Shown piece by piece: positions 33,551-42,845 of a stretch of 64,000 bases of DNA. The translations under genes and the position numbers were made by a program. The stretch comes from Rebecca billardiae RCC1528 (Eukaryota; Protista; Haptophyta). The stretch's first letter is position 1. Every line of letters starts with the position of its first letter. The notes beneath the pieces were generated by a model. That model saw nothing but the letters and a program-made list of their open reading frames with translations. It searched no databases and was not told the origin of the DNA. The stretch is from NCBI GenBank assembly GCA_965240325.2, contig OZ251246.1, forward strand, positions 1,054,001 to 1,118,000, given 5' to 3'.

Positions 33551-33857
33551 CGTCGCCCGTTGCACGATCACAAGCGGCGCAGATTGTGAGCACTTTCCAA
33601 CTGGTTGTAGCAGCGCTGGAGCCAGCCGTGCTGCTGCTGCTCTCACTTTCAAGTCTCAACCGCCGCCGCCGTCGCGTCGCGTCCGAGCGCGCGAAAAGCG
33701 ACTGCGAAATCAGTCAAATCATCAGCGCACTACGTATGCCCACCACAATTCGACACAGCATCATGACGAAAGCTGCCGCGCCAGCGCCCAGCGCTGCAGC
33801 GCAGTCGAGCAGTGTACTCTCATGAGCGCCACCGCGCGCCGCGCTGCGGCGGACTGG

Positions 33858-35437
33858 TCAGTATTTGATGGCGAGCTCTGACTTCCTGCCCACCGAGTAG
33901 AGCGCCGCGTCGACCATCCCTGCGACCACGTACACGCCGCCGATGATCGCGCACAGCGACGTGATGAACGCCCAGAACGAGGTGCGCGACTCCTCGTAGC
34001 TCACCTTGATGGGCGAGATGTCGTAGATGAAGAACACGCCGGGGAGCACAAACTCCATGCTGCGCCCGGCGTCGGCGTCGATCGTGCGCACCGCCTCGGT
34101 GACCGAGTACTGGCACGAGTGCAGCACGCGGCCGCCCAGCTTGCGGTACGTCGTCGGCACCACCTTCACGTAGTACTGGTACAGCGCGGAGCCGTGCGCG
34201 TTCAGCTTGGCCACGCCATCGAGCGGGTTGAGCTGGCCCTTGTACGACGGGCCGAACGACAGCGAGTGGATGGCGTGCGAGGTGTTCCAGCTCGACATCT
34301 CGAACGGCTTGAACTCGTGGACCAGGTGGCCCTGCGCCGAGGCGAACGCGCGGCCGGGCGCGACGTGGAAGTTGCCCGCCACCTTGTTCACCTGCGCGCC
34401 GGGCGGGCCGGCGCGCGCGCGGCACGCGCGGCAGCGGGGCGCGCTCGGCGTGTGAGAGGGGGGGGCGGCGCGCGCGGCGGCGCGCTCGGGCGCGCGCGCG
34501 CGGTGCCGCGCGGCGCGGCGAACCTGCAGGTGGCCGTAGACGTTGCACCCCTCGTGGATGTCGGCGAGGCTCGCCGGGTCGATCAGCTGCGCGTCGTGCT
34601 GGCACAGCGCGTGCTCCTTCCAGTCGGCCTGCTCCAGCTTCTCCGCCCCGTCCGCGCCGACGCTCCTGGCGAGGTGCACGCGCCCGTACGCGGCGCGCAC
34701 GTCGTCGCACGTGTTGCAGCACGTGGAGGCGAAGCCCTGCGCCGGGGGAGGGGAGGGCGGCGGGTGGGCGGCGCGCGCGCGTGCGCCGGGGGGCTCAGCA
34801 TGCGCCTCCACACGCGCGCCCGGTCCGGCGCGAGTCCGGCGCGAGTCCGGGCGGAGGCGGGCGCGGTCCGCACCGGGTTGATCTTCTTGCCCTGCTCGCG
34901 CGCCTCCGCCACCTCGCGCTGCACCGTCTCGACGAACTGGCGCTGCAGCTCGGGGTCGCTGTAGCACACGCCGCATCGCTCGTCCCCGCCCCCCGCGCCG
35001 TCCGCGCCCTCGGCCGACGCGTCGTCCGGCCCGAGCCACCGGCCGTCGGCCGAGAGCCTCGACTTTTTCACGTTCTGCACGACGTCGATCTGCTGCTCGC
35101 CCGCCACGTCCATCGTGACGAGGCTGATGCCGGCGCACGGGAGGGAGGGGAACGAGATGTTCAGGTTGATCCGTATTTCCCTCTCGCGCTCGACGTCCAC
35201 CGACAGGTGGTCTGCTGTGTTGACGCGGAAGTAGGCCGCGAGCTCTGAGACGATCAGCAGCGCGATGATGGTGAGGGAGATGATGGAGATGGCGCCGCCG
35301 AGGGTGGTCTTCTCGTTGAACTCGTCGAGCGTCTTCGGGTACACGTCCATCTTCTTGAACGTCTCCGCGAAGTCCGAGGTAGCCGACGACGCCGTCGCCG
35401 CCGGCCGAGCCGCGCCGCGTCTTCGTAGCTCCGCCAT
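33858..35437 (-). CDS. ERGIC3: ER-Golgi intermediate compartment protein 3 / Erv46 (exons 35437-34874, 34736-34524, 34391-33858)
   Basis: KKMDVYPK..KTTLGG, CCNTCDDVRAAY, EGCNVYGHLQVNKVAGNFHVAPG, YQYYVKVVPT, PGVFFIYDISPIKV and SLCAIIGG. Confidence 0.93.
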
Positions 35438-35632
35438 CGTGCGAAAACCCCGACTGCCGTCGCGCGGTCCTTTTTGTGGGCTGAGTCCGGAGGATGCTCC
35501 ACTGGGTGCGCGAGCGCGCGCAAGCCGCCGAGACTGCTTCCGGACCGCCCTAAAATAAAGGAATCTGGTAAGAATCTCGAATCTGCGTGTGCCGACTGCC
35601 GCGTTGCCTCCTGACTGTGACTGACCGAGTTA

Positions 35633-36153
35633 CAGGCAATCGCGGGCAATAAGAAGTCAGAGATCTCACGGCTAGCCTCGGTTTCTTAGCCGTTCGGTAG
35701 CCCGAGCGCCTACGGAGTCTCAGTTTCTTAGCTAGGTCCGCCCGCCGCGCAGGCGCGGGCCCGGGGGGCGCAGGGGGGCAGAGCCCCCCGCTGAGTCTTT
35801 AGGCCCGGCCGGCGAGGCCGACGAAAATTTTGGGCCTTTTTGGAGCAAATCTGGCATGATGTTGCATGGATGCTGCGGTGCACTGGCCAGGAGTCAGTCA
35901 TCAGGAGAAGTCGGGACTTGGCCTGTACTCGTAGTCGGGCCGCGCGCCGCGTGGCGCGTCCCCGACGGGCCGACTGCGCCTCGCCCCTCGGCGGACCACT
36001 CGTCAGCCGGGACGACGTAGTCCCGGTAACTTCTTAGTGTGACTATGCGTATAGCGAACCAGCCAATCGCTAGCCTCAGTTTCTAGGCCAGATCCGCAGA
36101 TAGCAAGCCCCAGTTTCTTAACGTGACAGCTCCTTATTGCCCGCGATTGCCTG
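35633..36153. mobile_element. MITE family A, copy 2 (intact, 521 bp, TA TSD)
   Basis: TA|CAGGCAATCGCGGGCAATAAG...CTTATTGCCCGCGATTGCCTG|TA; internal repeated TTCTTA motifs and a GGGGGGCAGAGCCCCCC hairpin. Confidence 0.93.
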
Positions 36154-36472
36154 TACGAGTGTTACGACAAGGTTGGAATCGTGAGTCCGCGCGACCGACG
36201 GGGCCACGGAGCGGCTACTACTGGACACTAGTTGGCCGGCGATACGCCAGCCGTAGCACGCGGCATGACAGCCCCGCCATGTGATTCTAAGTTCTGGCGG
36301 CGGCGATGACTTGCGGCGGCCGGACGGACCGCGGGGCTACTCGGACCGGACGCGGGCGCCGGCTCCGCAGTACTGCAGCTGCGATTTGAGCCCGTCTCGG
36401 GCGCCGTCCCCGACGCCGCGGGCAGCAGCCGGGCGCCGGCACGGCCGCGCGCCGCGCCCCGCCTGAGCGTGG

Positions 36473-37288
36473 CTACTGCGCCTTCTTTGCGCCCGCCTCC
36501 GCCTCCTTCACCTTGGTCGGGTACATGTACGAGCCGCCGATCCTGTCCCAGAGTGTGAAGTACTGCCCGTAGTTGTAGTTGAAGTACAGGTGGTGGTCGG
36601 TGTGGTGCGCCGCGCCGTTGACGAGCCAGCGCACCCACTTGATGTTGGGCACGGCGAAGTAGCCGTCGTGGATGCTGATCGTCCACAGGTTGATCAGCAC
36701 GAACATGCAGATCCACAGCACCTTGTGCACGGGGAAGACGAAGACGGCGATGTGGTACGGGAAGCCCTGGATGAAGCCGTCGAGCGGGTGGAACGCGTGC
36801 GAGGCGAAGGGCGAGGCGACCTTCCACTTGTGGTGCGGCTTGTGCACGTGTTTGTACAGGAAGGGCAGGTGCAGCCACCGGTGGAACCAGTACACCAGGC
36901 AGTCGGTGAACATGAAGAAGAGCCCGATGCTGCCGAAGAAGTACGCCCAGCCGTACTCGTCCACGCGGTCGTACAGCCGCGAGTAGCCCTTGAGCTCCCA
37001 GATGGAGACCAGGGTCATCAGCACGGACATCTGCGGAATCGAGGAGAGCGCGAGCTTCAGCTCCAACCCCACCTGCCCCGGGATCCACTGCTTGTCCTTC
37101 ATCCACTTGCGGTCGAACACGAGGTAGAAGTCGAGCGCTGCGGGGATCAGGTACATCAGCGCGCCGCCGATGCAGTAGACCAGGTAGAGGTCGACGAGCT
37201 GGCGCATGGTGTTGTCGCGCGGGAGCGAGCCCTTCCACACGAAGGGGTCGAGCACCCAGTCGCCCGCGATATCCAGCGCGAGATCCAT
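36473..37288 (-). CDS. ERG3: Sterol C5(6)-desaturase (lathosterol oxidase)
   Basis: His boxes HRWLH, HKPHH and HTDHH; SPFASHAFHPLDG; FNYNYGQYFTLWDRIGGS. Confidence 0.95.
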   Translation of the reverse strand: MDLALDIAGDWVLDPFVWKGSLPRDNTMRQLVDLYLVYCIGGALMYLIPAALDFYLVFDRKWMKDKQWIPGQVGLELKLALSSIPQMSVLMTLVSIWELKGYSRLYDRVDEYGWAYFFGSIGLFFMFTDCLVYWFHRWLHLPFLYKHVHKPHHKWKVASPFASHAFHPLDGFIQGFPYHIAVFVFPVHKVLWICMFVLINLWTISIHDGYFAVPNIKWVRWLVNGAAHHTDHHLYFNYNYGQYFTLWDRIGGSYMYPTKVKEAEAGAKKAQ

Positions 37289-37566
37289 GGCGACCGGCTG
37301 CGGAGACGGGGCAGCGCGGACCCGGCGGATACCCCCGCGACTTCCTAGCCAGCGGCTTGGGCGGCAACGCGAAGGTGCGCGCTGCTGATTGGCCGACGAA
37401 CGACTGCAAGCCTTGGTCCACGCTTCTGGTTGGTCCAACGTCCCTGCACGCCCGGACGCCACTGCGAGTCTGAAGTCGCAGGACAGCAGGACTCGTTCGG
37501 ATGTAGTGCGGCTTGATACCCCAAACACGCCGTCGCGGGCGGGCAGAGGCGCCGAGACCGCTCGCC

Positions 37567-39252
37567 ATGGCCTCGCGCGCGGCGCCAACACGCCAGCCCA
37601 ACCGGTGGCGCGAGCTCATCGCGCCGTGGAGCTGCTTGGCGGCCGTCCTCCTGCTCGCCGGCATCCTATGGCCGGCCATAATGCTCGCCACCCTCGCGCT
37701 CGCAGACGGCGTGGCATCCTCGCGGCTGCCCGCCGACGCACGCGCATGGGCGGCGCGGCGGCGCGCCGCGTGGGCACTCGCGCGCCGCGGCGTGGAGGGC
37801 GCGAGCGGCTGCGGCGCGTGCCTCCTGCACGACATCCTCGACGACGACATGCTTCGCAACCTCCTCGCCCACCTCGACGCGCGCGCGCTCGAGGCCGTGG
37901 CGTGTGTCGACACGCGCATGTGCCGCCTCGGCCGCGACGAGAGCGTGTGGCGCCGCGTGTTCGCCGCGCGCTTCGGCGGCGCGGGCGGGGCGGTGCTCGG
38001 GGCCATGCCGGACGAGAGCCTGCAGCACGTCCCCGCGTCGCCGCCGTTCGGCGCCCTCCTCGCCGCCGCCTCGCGGCTGCGGCCCAGCCCACGCTGGTGG
38101 GGACCCAACGCGCCGCGCGCGCCGCCCTCCGTCGCCGCGCCCGCCGACACGACGGCGGCGGCGGTGGCGCACGGCGCGGGCGGCGAGGCGCGCGCGGGGC
38201 CGAGCGGCGCGGATGTCGCCGACGAGCCGCTCGATCCCGAGCTCGCCGCAGCCGCCGCGCGCGTCGCCGCGCTTGGCGCCGCCGACGAGCGCGCGCCGTG
38301 CGCCGACGCTGCCGAGGCGCAGCCCGCGGAGGCGGAGGCGGGGCGCCACTGCGCGTGGCGGGTGTACTACTACCTGTTCGGGCTGCTGTGGCGCCGGCTC
38401 GCCGTCTCGGCGCACCGCACCGCGGAGGACTGCTGGATGGTCGTCGACGAGCACGTGTGCGACGTCTCCTCCACCGGCTTCCTCAGCGCACACCCGGGCG
38501 AGGCGGGCCCGCTCCTGCTGTTCGGAGGCCTGGACGCGAGCGCCGCGTTCCACGCGACCGGCCACTCGTTCGCCGGGCGGTACTTTGGGCGGCTGCAGGT
38601 GGGCGGGCTGGCGATGCCGGCCGAGGGGCGGCCCGCGCTCGTGCAGTGCGCGTGGGCCGCCGACGCGCCCGCGCCCGCGGCTCCGCTCTCGCCGGGCGCG
38701 GCCGCGCTCGAGGCCACCGCGGCCGCGGGCGCGCGGCGGCACGCCAAGCGGAGAGGCGCGCGCGTGGGCGAGGCGACGGCCGCTGCCGCCGCCGCTGCCG
38801 TCGGCAGCCTCGGCGCGGGCGGTCGCATACGCGCGCGTGCGCGCGACGCGATCGCGCACCCGGACGCCGAGTCGCCCTCGCCGCCGGCGTCCGAGGCCTC
38901 GCCGGGCGCAGACGACGGGCCGACCTCGCCAGGCGGCGCGGAGGCGGGCTCGGCAGCGGCGCTGTCGGCGGCGGCGGGCACAGTGCTCGCGCTCCGCGCG
39001 AGCGCGAGTGGCGCGCCGGGCCGGCAGCTCGGCGCGCGCGCAGCGCAGAGCAGCGCGCGCGGCGTGAGCGGCGCGGCCGCGCACACGCCCAGCCTGCCCG
39101 GGCCGCGCCTCCTCGCGCGCGCGCTGCGGCTGTGCGCGTCGGCGGCCGCGCCGCTCGGCAGCGCCGGCCTGATGGGGATGGCGTGGGGCGACGAGCCGAG
39201 GCAGCGCCACCTCTCCTACCACGACTTCCTCGCGCTGCGCGCGGCGGGCTAG
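37567..39252 (+). CDS. Membrane-anchored F-box + cytochrome b5-like heme-binding domain protein
   Basis: N-terminal TM; F-box-like LDDDMLRNLLAHLDARALEAVACVDTRMCRL..DESVW; cyt b5 HRTAEDCWMVVDEHVCDVS..FLSAHPG..GGLDASAAF..GHS. Confidence 0.8.
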   Translation: MASRAAPTRQPNRWRELIAPWSCLAAVLLLAGILWPAIMLATLALADGVASSRLPADARAWAARRRAAWALARRGVEGASGCGACLLHDILDDDMLRNLLAHLDARALEAVACVDTRMCRLGRDESVWRRVFAARFGGAGGAVLGAMPDESLQHVPASPPFGALLAAASRLRPSPRWWGPNAPRAPPSVAAPADTTAAAVAHGAGGEARAGPSGADVADEPLDPELAAAAARVAALGAADERAPCADAAEAQPAEAEAGRHCAWRVYYYLFGLLWRRLAVSAHRTAEDCWMVVDEHVCDVSSTGFLSAHPGEAGPLLLFGGLDASAAFHATGHSFAGRYFGRLQVGGLAMPAEGRPALVQCAWAADAPAPAAPLSPGAAALEATAAAGARRHAKRRGARVGEATAAAAAAAVGSLGAGGRIRARARDAIAHPDAESPSPPASEASPGADDGPTSPGGAEAGSAAALSAAAGTVLALRASASGAPGRQLGARAAQSSARGVSGAAAHTPSLPGPRLLARALRLCASAAAPLGSAGLMGMAWGDEPRQRHLSYHDFLALRAAG

Positions 39253-39653
39253 TCGGCGCCGCTGCAAGAGGGCTACGGGTACTGCCCGCCGCCGTGGGCC
39301 GAGATGGATGAGGCGCTGCCGCTACTTGTCGCGGTGGCGGCCTGACTTACGTGCTGTCCGAGTGCTCACTGCGTGCTGCTGGCGGCTCCCCGGACCCCGG
39401 TGCTGCTGGATCACTAGACGGCCAGCCTGGCACCGGGGTCCCGCGATCGCCAAGTCATCGGCGTTACGGCGATCGAGCGCGATATGGTCGTCGTCACAGT
39501 AGTATAGCTAGTATCAGCATGAGCATACACATATTATACACTGCGCATTATTCGTCGGAGACAATAATGGCCTGAATCGGACTACCGGTCCGTACCGAGT
39601 CCGAGTGAGTTACCGCCACGGCGACTAGCGTGCGCCGCTCATATATTCCAGCA

Positions 39654-39654
<1 letters not shown>

Positions 39655-39724
<70 letters not shown>

Positions 39725-39771
39725 ATTATATATATATATATTAATATATATATTAATATATTAATATATTA

Positions 39772-39826
<55 letters not shown>
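39655..39826. repeat. Imperfect (TA)n tract
   Basis: Direct observation. Confidence 0.95.
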
Positions 39827-39829
<3 letters not shown>

Positions 39830-39872
39830 CAACTCCTCGACGCGAGGCGATCTCATGCACGGCCTCGTGCTG

Positions 39873-41216
39873 CTAATGCTGGCGGCCGCTGCCGTGCCTG
39901 GGAGGCTTCCGCACCCGCCCGGCTCCGGTGGCCCGTGTCGCAGTTCGCGCGGATGAGCGTGCCGATGATGTCGTCGACGACGATGATGAGCCTCGATGGT
40001 GATGAGACGTGCGCGCTGCTCCGACGCCTGCAGCTGATGATGACGCCGACATCCGCCACCATGCGACGCTTCCACCGCCGTGGGCAGCAGGCAGCCCGCC
40101 CGTCCGCTCCTCGCCGCCGCCCGGCGCCGCGTACAGCGCGCTGAGCGCTGCCGCCGCCATGTGCGCCGGTGTGCCGGGCATGCACTCATGCCCTGGCCAG
40201 TTGGTGCACTGCCCGACGGCGCAGTACTTGCTGCGGCCAGCGGCGAGGAGCGGGCTCAGCAGACTGAGGCTCTGGTTCGAGGGCACGCCCGGCGGCGGCG
40301 GCGCGTTGCGCACCCAGTGCCCGAGGAAGAGCACGCGCCTCACGCCGGCGCGCCCCAGCGTGCGCAGCACCGCACGCACGGTCGCGTCCTGCCCGGGGGT
40401 GCGAGGCGCCTCGCTCGTGTTCACGCACGGCGGCGGGCGCACGAGCGAGCGCAGCACAGAGGGATCGTACCGCCCCTCCAGGGCGAGGTTGTACCGCTGG
40501 TACGCAAAGTAGCACGGCGGGTGCGGCGTCATCACCAGCGCGGCGCTCGCGTTCAGCCCGCTGCCGCGGCCGAGCAGCGCCTCCAGCCGCCGTCCCAGGC
40601 TGGAGCGCTCGGCATCAAACTCGAACCGCTCGGAATCAGACTGAGGGCTGGCAGCGCCCGGCGCGGCGGCCGCGGAGCCCACGCCGCCGATGGTCGGGTC
40701 CTGCGTGCACTCGTCGTTGAAGAGGCCTGTGAGCCGCGCGCCGTTGCGCAGCACGGCGTGCACGCGGGAGCCCATCGAGTGTGGCCGCTTGCCCGGGCGC
40801 GCTTCCACGCAGCGGGGCAGCACGCGTGCGCCGCTGTTGCCCATGCCGGCCGCACAGGATCGGCTGCTGGACCAGTGCCGCCACGCGGAGGCGTCCGTGC
40901 CTGGCAGCCGCAGGCGCGCGCAGCTCGGGCCCTGCGCGTCTTGTAGGTGGGCCACGGCCACGCCGGGCGCGGCACAGAGCATCGCGATGAAGAGCTGGCG
41001 CAACCAGCTGGGGCCGTACAGGAGCACGTGCGCGCCGGCTGGCGGCGCAAGGGCGGCCGAGGGCGGCGCGTGCACCCGCGCCCAGTGCTGCTCATAAGCA
41101 TGCCCGTTGCATCGATACTGTGAAGGAATGAGCGGGCACGCCGGCGCCGGGCTGGAGCCATGCTGTGCCCCCAATAGGAGGAGGAGTACCGGTGTGATCG
41201 GCGCCGCCGCCGCCAT
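39873..41216 (-). CDS. Secreted SGNH/PC-esterase (TBL)-like protein, copy A
   Basis: Signal peptide; VLLYGPSWLRQLFIAMLC (GDS-like block) and GHECMPG (resembles DCxHWCLPG). Inverted paralog of 41274-42719. Confidence 0.7.
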   Translation of the reverse strand: MAAAAPITPVLLLLLGAQHGSSPAPACPLIPSQYRCNGHAYEQHWARVHAPPSAALAPPAGAHVLLYGPSWLRQLFIAMLCAAPGVAVAHLQDAQGPSCARLRLPGTDASAWRHWSSSRSCAAGMGNSGARVLPRCVEARPGKRPHSMGSRVHAVLRNGARLTGLFNDECTQDPTIGGVGSAAAAPGAASPQSDSERFEFDAERSSLGRRLEALLGRGSGLNASAALVMTPHPPCYFAYQRYNLALEGRYDPSVLRSLVRPPPCVNTSEAPRTPGQDATVRAVLRTLGRAGVRRVLFLGHWVRNAPPPPGVPSNQSLSLLSPLLAAGRSKYCAVGQCTNWPGHECMPGTPAHMAAAALSALYAAPGGGEERTGGLPAAHGGGSVAWWRMSASSSAAGVGAARTSHHHRGSSSSSTTSSARSSARTATRATGAGRVRKPPRHGSGRQH

Positions 41217-41273
41217 CGCTCGTGCTCCGCTGCTGGAACGAACGTTGGCAGCTGTCAGCAGCCAGAGTGCAGC

Positions 41274-42719
41274 ATGGCGGCGTTGCCGCTCGTGCTGCTC
41301 CTCCTCTTGGGGGCACAGCCCAGCTCCAGCCCAGCGCCGGCATGCCCGCTCATCCCGTCCAAGTATCGATGCAACGGGCAGGCTTACGCGCAGCACTGGG
41401 CGCGGGTGCACGCGCCGCCCGCGGCCGCCCTTGCGCCGCCAGCCGGCGCGCACGTGCTCCTGTACGGCCCCAGCTGGTTGCGTCAGCTCTTCATCGCGAT
41501 GCTCTGTGCCGCGCCCGGCGTGGCCGTGACCCACCTTCCCGAGACGCAGGGCCCGAGCTGCGCGCGCCTGCGGCTGCCAGGCACGGACGCCTCCGCGTGG
41601 CGGCACTGGTCCAGCAGCCGATCCTGTGCGGCCGGCATGGGCAACAGCGGCGCACGCGTGCTGCCCCGCTGCGTGGCGCCCCGCCCGCCGCACTCGACAG
41701 GCGACCGCGTGCACGCCGTGCTGCGCAACGGCGCGCGGCTCACAGGCCTTTTCAACGACGAGTGCACGCAGGACCCGACCATCGGCGGCGTGAGCTCCGC
41801 GGCCGCCGCGCCGGGCGCTGCCAGCCCTCAGTCTGATTCCGAGCGGTTCGAGTTTGATGCCGAGCGCTCCAGCCTGGGACGGCGGCTGGAGGCGCTGCTC
41901 GGCCGCGGCAGCGGGCTGAACGCGAGCGCCGCGCTAGTGATGACGCCGCACCCGCCGTGCTACTTTGCGTACCAGCGGTACCACAGGCACAGGGCCCGCG
42001 ACAGGGCAGCGCTGAGCACTCGCGGCCCACCTCCGCCGCCGTGCGTGAACACAAGCAAAGCGCCGCGCAGCCCAGAGCAGGACGCGACAGTGCGTGCGGT
42101 GCTGCGCACGCTGGGGCGCGCCGGCGTGAGGCGTTTGCTCTTCCTCGGGCACTGGGTGCGCAACGCGCCGCCGCCGCCGGGCGTGCCCTCGAACCAGAGC
42201 CTCAGTCTGCTGAGCCCGCTCCTCGCTGCTAGCAACGGCACGTACTGCGCCGCAAGGCAGTGCACCAACTGGCCAGGGCATGAGTGCATGCCCGGCACAC
42301 CAGCGCACATGGCGGTGGCAGCGCTCAGCGCGCTGTACGCGGCGCCGGGCGGCTTCGAGGAGCGGGCGGGAGGGCTGCCTGCTGCCCACGGCGGTGGCGG
42401 CGTCGCGTGGTGGCAGATGTCGGCGGCATCACTAGCACGAGTGGGTGGCCGCGATGCAGCAGCGTCGCACAGATCGTCTGCTGCTCATCAGCGAGGCTCG
42501 TCGACGACGTCATCCGCACGGGCCCGGGCCGGGTCCCCTGGCGGGAAGCCCAGTCACGGCGGCAGCAGCACCAGGAGGCGGGGTCACACGTCGACGTCAT
42601 CGTCATCGGCACGCCTGACGCCAGGCGGGTCATCAGCCTCGCCCTCAGCATCACCGCCACCATCATTCCTAGCAGACCTAGCTACCGTAGTTACTGTAGT
42701 GACAGTATACTACTGCTAG
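41274..42719 (+). CDS. Secreted SGNH/PC-esterase (TBL)-like protein, copy B
   Basis: Highly similar to copy A over more than 1.1 kb, with the same motifs. Confidence 0.7.
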   Translation: MAALPLVLLLLLGAQPSSSPAPACPLIPSKYRCNGQAYAQHWARVHAPPAAALAPPAGAHVLLYGPSWLRQLFIAMLCAAPGVAVTHLPETQGPSCARLRLPGTDASAWRHWSSSRSCAAGMGNSGARVLPRCVAPRPPHSTGDRVHAVLRNGARLTGLFNDECTQDPTIGGVSSAAAAPGAASPQSDSERFEFDAERSSLGRRLEALLGRGSGLNASAALVMTPHPPCYFAYQRYHRHRARDRAALSTRGPPPPPCVNTSKAPRSPEQDATVRAVLRTLGRAGVRRLLFLGHWVRNAPPPPGVPSNQSLSLLSPLLAASNGTYCAARQCTNWPGHECMPGTPAHMAVAALSALYAAPGGFEERAGGLPAAHGGGGVAWWQMSAASLARVGGRDAAASHRSSAAHQRGSSTTSSARARAGSPGGKPSHGGSSTRRRGHTSTSSSSARLTPGGSSASPSASPPPSFLADLATVVTVVTVYYC

Positions 42720-42845
42720 TTACTAGTACGTCGTACTTGGCTATAGTATAGCAGGAGTATCGCTCCAGTGGTCCTCCAGTGCCGGTGTCACTCAGGCTTC
42801 AGTGTGACACTCACTCGATCAGCTGATGAGTGTGCAGTATGGCCT

